Source of the DNA: Eledone cirrhosa | Lineage: Eukaryota | DNA length: 64,000 nucleotides | Direction of reading: 5' to 3' | Assembly: GCA_964016885.1 (NCBI GenBank) | Contig: OZ024753.1 | Location: 19,902,001-19,966,000, forward strand | In this document: positions 54,535 to 64,000 of the stretch, piece after piece | Layout of the letters: each line of letters starts with the position of its first letter | Position numbering within the stretch: the stretch's first letter is position 1 | The notes under the pieces: generated by a model | Database searches by the model: none | Told to the model about the DNA's origin: nothing | The model's input: the letters and a program-made list of their open reading frames with translations, nothing else | Position numbers and translations under genes: made by a program

Positions 54535-56792
54535 TTGGGGAGGGTCATATTTGCGTAATATTGCCAGAATTAATAACAGAACACACTCACTGTTTGGTTG
54601 GTTTTCGCTTCTCGCTGTCTTTTATATCTGCGATCTAACTTACTCGGTCCTCAATGTTGCCATTGACTGAGCGGTGGTCAAAAATAATACAGATACAATA
54701 TAGACACAACACATATATATAGTTTACATAATTTACATAAATCTTTCGTTGCACATCTGCAACATCGTCAGTGGTGTTATATTCATTGTTCCTCCTGTTG
54801 TGTTGTATGTCTACGCCATTTTTTATTCAGTCTGTCTATATATTTATTTATTTATTTGCTTGTTTGTTTATCTTATTTTATTTTGTCTTCTGTGTATAGT
54901 GTTATGTGTGATGTGTGACTAGTGTGTATAGTGTTGTGTCTGCTGGGTGACTAGTGTGTGTTTATGTGCTTGTTGTTATTGTGCTTGTGTATGTATGTAT
55001 TTATCTTATTTTATTTTATTTTATTTACTTATTTATACTTCTCTTAGGTCAGTGTTGTTTGTTTGTGTGTTGTTGTTGTTCCACTCATTCTTTCTGTTTA
55101 GCTTTGGTCTTCTAATTTCTATTTCACTGGTCTCTCTGATTTGCCTATCTGCTGGGTCATTCCTATGTTTAGATATTATTCTAATTTCTATGTTGTCTAT
55201 GTTACCGTCATGTTGTTGTCTAGCATGTTCGTATAGTACTGACCCGTTTTTTCTTCCTTTTAGTTCCTCCCAGTGTTGGTCTATCCTTTCACCTATGCTA
55301 CGAGCTGTCTCACCTATGTATGTTGTTGTCATGTTTCTGCAAGTACCCTCTGTACATCTTATGCTATAGACTACGTTTCTAGTTTTACAGTTTATCCGGG
55401 GGTTCACCTTACATATGATACATTTCCTATTGGTACAGTGTGTTTTCTTAAAAGGGTAGGTTTTGCTGATCAGGGATTTTATGGTGGTTCCTGGCTTTTC
55501 TACCACCTTTATTTTAAAGTGGGTCTTTCTCAGGGCCTTTCTACACTGGTTAGCTAATTTCCCTCCAGGGGTGGCGTCCACAAACATGACACTCTGATAT
55601 CTCTGGTTGTCGTACCATGATGTGGCCTTCCCTATCTTATGTCTAGCCCTATCTAAGCTATTCCATGATTTGCTCCTGTATAGTGGGCAAACTCCTGTAT
55701 AGTGGGCAAATTCCTGAGAAAGACCCACTTAAAAATACAGGCGGTAGAAAAGCCAGGAACCACCATAAAATCCCTGATCAGCAAAACCTACCCTTTTAAG
55801 AAAACCCACTGTACCAATAGGAAATGTATCATATGTAAGGTGAACCCCCGGATAAACTGTAAAACTAGAAACGTAGTCTATAGCATAAGATGTACAGAGG
55901 GTACTTGCAGAAACATGACAACAACATACATAGGTGAGAGAGCTCGTAGCATAGGTGAAAGGATAGACCAACACTGGGGGGAACTAAAAGGACGAAAAAA
56001 CGGGTCAGTACTATACGAACATGCTAGACAACAACATGACGGTAACATAGACAACATAGAAATTAGAATAATATCTAAACATAGGAATGACCCAGCAGAT
56101 AGGAAAATCAGAGAGACCAGTGAAATAGAAATTAGAAGACCAAAGCTAAACAGAAAGAATGAGTGGAACAACAACAACACACAAACAAACAACACTGACC
56201 TAAGAGAAGTATAAATAAGTAAATAAAATAAAATAAAATAAGATAAATAAATACATACACAAGCACAATAACAACAAGCACATAAACACACACTAGTCAC
56301 CCAGCAGACACAACACTATACACACTAGTCACACATCACACATAACACTATACACACACGCAAACGCATGCGCAAAGAAGACAAAATAAAATAAGATAAA
56401 CAAACAAGCAAATAAATAAATAAATATATAGACAGACTGAATAAAATATGGCGTAGACATACAACACAACAGGAGGAACAATGAATATAACACCACTGAC
56501 GATGTTGCAGATGTGCAACGAAAGATTTATGTAAATTATGTAAACTATATATATATGTTGTGTCTATATTGTATCTGTATTATTTTTGACCGCCGGTCAG
56601 TCAATGGCAACATTGAGGACCGAGTAAATTACATCGCAGATATAAAAGACAGCGAGAAGCGAAAACCAACCAAACAGTGAGTGTGTTCTGTTATTAATTC
56701 TGGCAATATTACGCAAATATCACCCTCCCCAAATATAACAATATCTGTTTCGACACACGATAAAAAACCTCGCTAAACTAATTCATCACCGC
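54527..56792. mobile_element. Second PLE family as a 2.3-kb inverted duplication
   Basis: GIY-YIG ORFs 55033-55728 (-) and 55702-56214 (+); pLTRs at both ends; tail only on the right. Confidence 0.94.
56491..56533 (+). ncRNA. Minimal hammerhead motif (mirror copy near 54735-54775)
   Basis: CTGACGA-t-gttgca/tgcaac-GAAAG-at-TTA; stem I weak. Confidence 0.65.
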
Positions 56793-56808
56793 TATATATA
56801 TATATATT

Positions 56809-57622
56809 AATAGTAATAATAATAAATTTGAAGACTACAATCCAAAGAGCGTTCGATAAGGATAGATATATATCAAATATGTAAGAACCGTAGAGCAAAT
56901 ATTTGTTAAAATAACTTAAATGAAGTCGTAGACTATAGGTGGTTCGTGGAGACGTTCCCTGGCAATGAACGAAAAAAACGAAGATAATACGTCATTATGT
57001 GGATCGTGAGAACAATTACACGCAAAAACAAAACCACGTTTATGGTATAACTGAAGTCGGAGACTAAAATTCTATTCAAGAAACAGAATGATTCTACTTT
57101 AGGCACAAGGCCAGCAAATACCCTGTGCATTACTGGTACTTTATTTTATCGACCCCATAAGGATAATAAATTACAGAGGTTATTGAAATCAACAATAATT
57201 AAATATATACATGCACGCATCCATATACGTACATAAACATGCATACGCGAAAACACTCGCCATGGGTTGGCACGTGCACAAAACCACGCGCACACATACA
57301 AAACATACAAAAACCCACGCAACGCCTGTACCCGCACACATACGAACGTAATCTACGATTTCATTTATACTATAAACATGGTTTTGTCTTTGTGTGTAAT
57401 TGTTTTCAACGCTCCAAATAATGACGTATTATATTCGTTTTTCCCGTTCTTTGCCAGGGAACGTTTCCACGAACATAAAGTATCGTCTTCCTGTTTTCCT
57501 TCGGTTGCAAAGTCTTTCGAAATAATTACTTCTGCGTTCACAGATTCATTTTTTTGGTTTCAGAAGATCCCGTTAAGGGTGAAAGCAGCGATTATTTGCA
57601 TAAACTTTAATCTGTTATTTTA
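56809..57622 (-). mobile_element. Rearranged family B foldback containing a SINE 3' fragment (57092-57163)
   Basis: Pieces match 52034-53357 in both orientations. Confidence 0.78.
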
Positions 57623-57633
57623 TGAATATATAA

Positions 57634-57691
<58 letters not shown>

Positions 57692-57760
57692 AAAGAGAGA
57701 GATTGTGTGTGTGTTGAGAGATAAAGATAGAGAGAGAGAGAGAGAAAGAGGAGTGGATGA

Positions 57761-57791
<31 letters not shown>

Positions 57792-57975
57792 TGTAGAGAG
57801 AAAGAGCTAGAATGTGTGTGTGAGAGAGAGAGAATCTGCGGTGTGAAGACCGGGACGATCAGTACTCAACGCATGGTGAAATGCGGAATGGATATATTAG
57901 TAAATGGTAGAATTATTGAAATTGAAAGCACCCGACCTCGTGACCGACCATATATATATATATATATGTTGTGTA

Positions 57976-58480
<505 letters not shown>

Positions 58481-58495
58481 AAAATATATATATAT

Positions 58496-58952
58496 ATTTC
58501 GTTTCTGAATTTGTTTAGCAAGATTGTTTATCTGAAAACGTGTGTTGAAACGAATATTGTTGATCATTTGGGAGGGTCATGTTGCCAATAAGAAACACAC
58601 GCCAACCAATTGCTTTCACTTCAATTTATTATAATAAATTTATAAATTTAGGAATTTATAAATTTCCGTTTGGTTGGTAGGTTTCACACCCAGATGGTTG
58701 TTTATATATTGTCAAAGTTCTTTCGTCACACATTCTGTGACCTCTTCGGTGACTGGGGATTTGTTTATTTACATGTTACAGGTTGGTTGTTTGTTCTATG
58801 TGCGTGTGTGTTTTCATTTTGTCCTTAATTGTAAGTTGTGATGTTGCTGTTCCACTCATGTTTTCTATTTAATTTTGGTTGTATTGCTTTTATGTTTATT
58901 GCCTCTGTGATTTGTCTAAACATTGCGTCTTTTCTGTGTGTAGAATCTACAC
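58496..58952 (-). mobile_element. 3' end of the 31842 PLE family (tail, pLTR, end of ORF)
   Basis: Matches 31842-32430 with an internal deletion. Confidence 0.88.
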
Positions 58953-60843
58953 ACAGACTCCACTACAGCAATGACGAGGCGGGTTTTCAGGTCTTTATGA
59001 AGGTCCGACTTCCACACCGATCTCAAGCTGTGGCACACCGCCCAGGCTGTGCTCTTCCTGTCAACCACATCATCTTCCGTATTCCCAATCTTTGCTCCCA
59101 AATACAGGAAGCCCTCAACCAATTCTAGCGGCTTCCCGCCTACATTAATGATCCCTTCCAGCATCTCAACATTCTCTACCAGATATTTTGTTTTAGTCTC
59201 ATTCATTCTCAGCCCCACACTCATCGACACAGTCTCAACCTCCCGCATCAAATCCTCTGCCTCCTTCATTGTATTTGTCACCAAAACTCTGTCGTCGGCA
59301 AATTCACCATCCGATACCTTTTTCGCCCTAACTCTCCTGCTCTGAGCCGGTGCTACAGTAAAGCCAGAGTCCTGGTGTTTCTCCAGTGCAAGGCGCATAC
59401 AATAGTCCACTACGATGATAAAAAGGTACGGAGCCAATGTATCTCCCTGGAGCACTCCAGCCAGCACTCTGTCCAAGTCCCAGATTGATTTCATTCTGGT
59501 GAGGAAAAAGTGGCGGAATAGTGTTCTGAACACAGAACCATACAACTATTTCAGTACACTGGGTAGTGACCACCGGTTTGTTATGAGTGAGGTCCGGGTG
59601 AGCTTAAGAAAGAGCAAGGCTCGGCCCCGGGGAACAATCTATGATTAGGGAGCTTTCAAGGAAGATGATAAGCTACAGCAGAGGTTCACAGTGGAAGTGA
59701 GAAACAGGTTCAGTGCTCTGTGTGGAGAGTCAGAGGAGAGAGAGACTGCATGGACTGAGGAGAGTGTGACGATGAGGTACGGGCACTTCACCAATGCAGT
59801 GAAGGAAGCAAGTGAAACCCTGGTGCCGAGGAAAAAGAACAAAAGGAAGCACGTCAGCTCTGCAAACCCAAAAGTGTGTGCAGCCAGAGAACACCTGAAA
59901 GCTGCCAAGGACCAATTCTATGCTGATCCTACGGAGGACTGTATGGAGACTGTGGGGGTGATGAGAGAAGAACTCTGTACCGCTTACACTGAGCACAGAG
60001 AGGAGGCACTGATAGAGAAGATCAGAAGTGTGGAGAGAGCGGTTGACAGATCTGGATGTAAGGAGAGCTGGATGATCATCAACGAGATCACAGGGAGGAA
60101 GAGAAGGTGTTCGAGTCAGATCCATGGAACGGGGCCCGGGTATAGGAAGAGGGAATGGCTAGACCATTTTAGGACCCTACTAGGAGAGCCACCCTCCACA
60201 GCCCAGAGCACTGGGGAGATCAGGCGGCTGTTTGAGGAACTGGATGTTGAGACAGATCCCTTCACAAGAGAGGAGCTTCAGAGAGCCAAGAAGAGGATCA
60301 AGGAGGGCAAGGCTCATGGAGAAGATGGAGTGGCATCAGAGGTGATGAAGAGGTGTGATTTTGATGATATTATCCTGGGGTTCTGTAACGGGGCACTGGA
60401 TAAAGGAGTTGCCCCTAATCAGTGGAGGATCAGTAACATCGTCCCAGTGCCAAAGAAGGAAGATCTCTCTAACACCAACAACTACAGTGGGATCTCACTG
60501 ACGTCACTTGTGGCAAAGACCCTCAACAGGATGATTCTTAACAGGATCCAGACTGAGATGGAGAAGAAGCTGAGGGACAACCAGGACGGCTTCAGAGAGG
60601 GAAGATCAACCACCAGTCACATCCTGATGATGAGGAGGATATTAGAAGGAGCTAGAGCAAAGTGCCTGCCTGCGGTCATGGTTTTCATTGACTTAGGAAG
60701 GCCTTTGATTCTGTGGACCGTTACTGCCTGATGAAGATCTTACAGGCTTATGGAATCCCCAAGAAGATAGTGGACCTGATATCATTTCTCTACACCAACA
60801 CCAAAGCCCAAGTCATTACACCTGATGGGATGACAGAGTTCTT

Positions 60844-60848
<5 letters not shown>
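58953..60848. mobile_element. RTE-like LINE body with inversion
   Basis: (+) 59470-60848: QIDFILV, SDH, GKAHGEDG, VPVPKK, QDGFREGRST, VFID; (-) 58953-59467: GVLQGD, FADD. Confidence 0.9.
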
Positions 60849-60877
<29 letters not shown>

Positions 60878-61220
60878 TCGTGTGTGGGTATATACCCTTA
60901 TGTATGCAAATTTTTGCAAGGGTGCAGAGAAACAAATTTCACTAAACCTTCTAAAGCAAACGTTTCAGAGTCAAACATTAACATATAGCTGTATGTTGTA
61001 GCTGTATATGCCACGTGTACAATGAACTTTGACATCATTTTTCGATTCATTATTTTAATCATCGAAGGTAAACTGTGTAACTGGATATGTTGGTATGGCT
61101 GGTTAACTGTGAAATGTGTTACGTTTATCAATAATTTTAGCTGCTTTTCTGTTGGAGAGAAGACCTATGTATGGTATTATGTATTTATGATATATCTTAC
61201 AGTGTTTCCTTCATATACCT

Positions 61221-61283
<63 letters not shown>

Positions 61284-61620
61284 TATAGATGAACATACAC
61301 ACACGCACACAGATGCATACACACAGACGCGCGCTCGCGCACACGCACACACATCTCTCTATATAAAATTATTTGTCAAATTGTCTCTATGTCTGTCTGT
61401 TCCTATTCATTCTTAGCCGGCTGGCACAAATCAAATGAAATTTTACAAGGTAACATTTTAAAACCAGGCGTTTCAACATGTCATTTTTATTTTTATTTGG
61501 ATTAAAACAATATATTATTTTATTTAACATAACCTTTCTATAGTGAACTGTAGTAAACCAGGTAGACGACGACGACGTTATATTTTGTATATGAGTGTGT
61601 ATGTGTCTGTGTGTGTGTGT

Positions 61621-61701
<81 letters not shown>

Positions 61702-62711
61702 GTGTTTGTGTTTGTGTTTGCGAGTTCGTTACGTACGTTAAGCCTCAGAGAATTAAACACACATCTACACATACATGTAGCCTTAGTAAGTTGCATACAC
61801 ATTATCTTCACACTCAGACAATTAAACACACACATCTACACATACAGATACATATGACAGACAGGTGTGCGTGAATGCATGTCTGTGTGTATCTGTCTTA
61901 GTATATGTAAGTGAGTGTATGTGAGAGTATGTGTGATTGTATGTGGGAGTGTATGCGTGTGTAAGTGTGTATGCGTGTTAGTGTATGTGAGAGTGTATGG
62001 ATGTGTGAGTGTGTGGGTGTGTGAGTGTAGGTGTGATAATTTTTATTTTCATTTGGATTAAAACAATAGAAAACACAACGACGTCATATTTTGTGTATGA
62101 AGATGTATGTGAATGTGTGTGTGTGCGCGCGCGTTCATTAGATACGTTATTAAATCCACACACCTACACATACATATACATATGTAGCGACTGTCAAAAA
62201 ATGAGGTAAAAAGCTATGCGTGTGTCTGCGTGTCTGTGTGTGTGTGTCTTAGTATATGTATGTGAGAGTGTATGTGTGTGAGTGTGTAGCACAACACACA
62301 AGAACAAAATGGTGTAGGACAGAACAAATGAGACATAGAAGGAAAAAAACGATTGTGTCAATCCTTACATTAAGAAAAAAAGTGTTTTCCCGGGTTTTTA
62401 ATAAAATGTAAGAGTAAATTATATTTTAAGTTCCACATATTTTTTTATGTTTTTTGTTTGTTTGTTTGTTTGTTTTTTTGATTTTTGTTTTTGGCACATT
62501 TGGACTTAGTTGAACATGAAACACATTCTGGATTCCTGGGCTGTAACAATTCTGAGAGAAACAGCATTTCTGAAACAACTGGAAGTTTCCCATGTGTATT
62601 TTACGAAACATTATTTCGCCAAATATAAAGCATGTCCAGAAAAATGTATACACACTTCAACAGAAAAGGAATCAAAATGTGTATAGATTTTTGGGGAACT
62701 CTCTCTCTCTC

Positions 62712-62743
<32 letters not shown>

Positions 62744-62745
62744 GT

Positions 62746-62929
62746 AATTGTTTCTACTTTAGGCACAAGGCCAGCAATTACCCAGTGCATTACTGGTACT
62801 TTATTTTATCGACCCCGTAAGGATGAAAGGCAAAGTCAACCTCGGCGGGATTTGAACTCAGATCGTAAAGGGACGTAACTATGCTGGAAATCATGGCGTC
62901 CGACCCTCTAACGATACTGCCAATCCACC
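62746..62929 (-). mobile_element. SINE inserted in the tail of a family B element
   Basis: Full-length reverse copy; short TSD agtaat. Confidence 0.9.
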
Positions 62930-63285
62930 GAGTAATAATAATAAATTTGAAGACTAAAATCCAAAGAGGGCTCGATAAGGATAAATATATATCAAATATA
63001 TAAGAACCGTAGAGCAAATATTTATTAAAATAACAGATTAAACTTTAAGCAAAGAATCGCTGCTTTCACCCTTAACGAGATGTTCTGAAACTAACAAAGT
63101 CAATCTGTAAACGCAGAAGTGGATATTTCAAAAAACGTTGCAACCGGAGGAAAACAGGAAGACGATACTTTGATTCGTGGAAACGTTCCCTGGCAAAGAA
63201 TGGGGAAAAACGAATATAATACGTCATTAATAGGTGCGGTAAAAAACAATTACACGCTAAGACAGTACCACGTTTATGGTCTATC
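62930..63285 (-). mobile_element. Family B element 3' part
   Basis: Reverse match to 53000-53355. Confidence 0.85.
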
Positions 63286-63450
63286 AAGGACGAATTCCCC
63301 AACGCGGGCGGTGGTTTGTACCGTGATGATGGTCTTTTGACCATGACTAAGTGCGGCCCTCGTGCTTGCTACAGGTTCAGAAAAGAACTCACAGCTTTCT
63401 TTAAAGGCTTCAACCTCTCTATTCAGGTTGAGGCTGCGAGTACGGAGTTA

Positions 63451-63746
63451 ATTATTATAAAATAATAGGAGTCTGGACTGGTGTAAATCCTTGAAAGGTT
63501 TATTATATCATGATCATTTCAATGACCGGGTTAAGTGTGAATCCGGTGATATCATCAGGTATTCGAAATATAATATATTATCTGTTATATTCCTTCTGCT
63601 ATATTCCTCTGTTATATTCCTTTGTTATATTTCGAATAGCTGAGGATATCACCGGTTTCATACGGAACCCGGTCATTGAAATGATCATGGTATAATAAAC
63701 CTTTCAAGGATTTATACAAGTCCAGCCTCCTGTTATTTTATTATAA
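63451..63746. mobile_element. Foldback pLTR with hammerhead-like motifs
   Basis: Arms 63451-63572 and 63625-63746; CTGA(T/G)GA..accgg/ccggt..GAAA-tgatca-TG. Confidence 0.82.
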
Positions 63747-63867
63747 TATATATATACATGTAATATTGATGTATTATTAAAACCGGGTAAGACCAGGTGC
63801 GACTGCTAATACATATCGATGCGTGTGTATATATGTATGTATATATGCATGTATGTATGTGTGTATC

Positions 63868-64000
63868 TGGGAGTTAAGGACCCCTTGCCTTTGTCAGGGC
63901 ATTCTTCTAGGAGAAGTCAACTCAGGAAACTGGGATAACTGCGACATAAAACCTGCTGCTCAGTAGTTACCGATGATGTTGATCTTTTCTTCTTTTCGGG
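63868..64000 (+). mobile_element. Partial non-autonomous RTE-type retroposon, runs off the window
   Basis: Matches 20744-20875. Confidence 0.8.

Larger units (their letters stand above)
61354..63809 (+). mobile_element. Possible non-autonomous Helitron with nested insertions
   Basis: 5' a|TCtctctatataaaa..tgtctgtctgt..aatgaaatt; 3' hairpin accgggtaagaccaggt then CTAA|t. Confidence 0.4.

Overview
Eukaryotic, AT-rich and very repeat-dense DNA. The SINE family, the (TA)n/(CA)n/(GA)n/(TACA)n load and the GPCR type suggest an octopus or other cephalopod (inference). Only one host gene is supported: a class A GPCR with a single coding exon (42203-43612, +). The rest is microsatellites, three minisatellites, about 10 copies of a tRNA-headed SINE, decayed RTE-like and R4/Dong-like LINEs, a hAT MITE, probable Helitron ends and many Penelope-like element (PLE) pieces. 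The main hidden structure is about 25-30 type I hammerhead ribozyme motifs from more than a dozen sequence families. Many of them sit in asymmetric foldback insertions within (TA)n, in which one arm stops at a fixed point and the other carries a 50-120 nt tail, often with an ACTC...GAGT stem. One family has a fixed non-canonical core (CAGAAGA), and a 21-bp minisatellite appears to be an amplified half-ribozyme. Nearly all short ORFs in the track are microsatellite or antisense artefacts. Coordinates were read by eye, so element boundaries may be off by a few bases.
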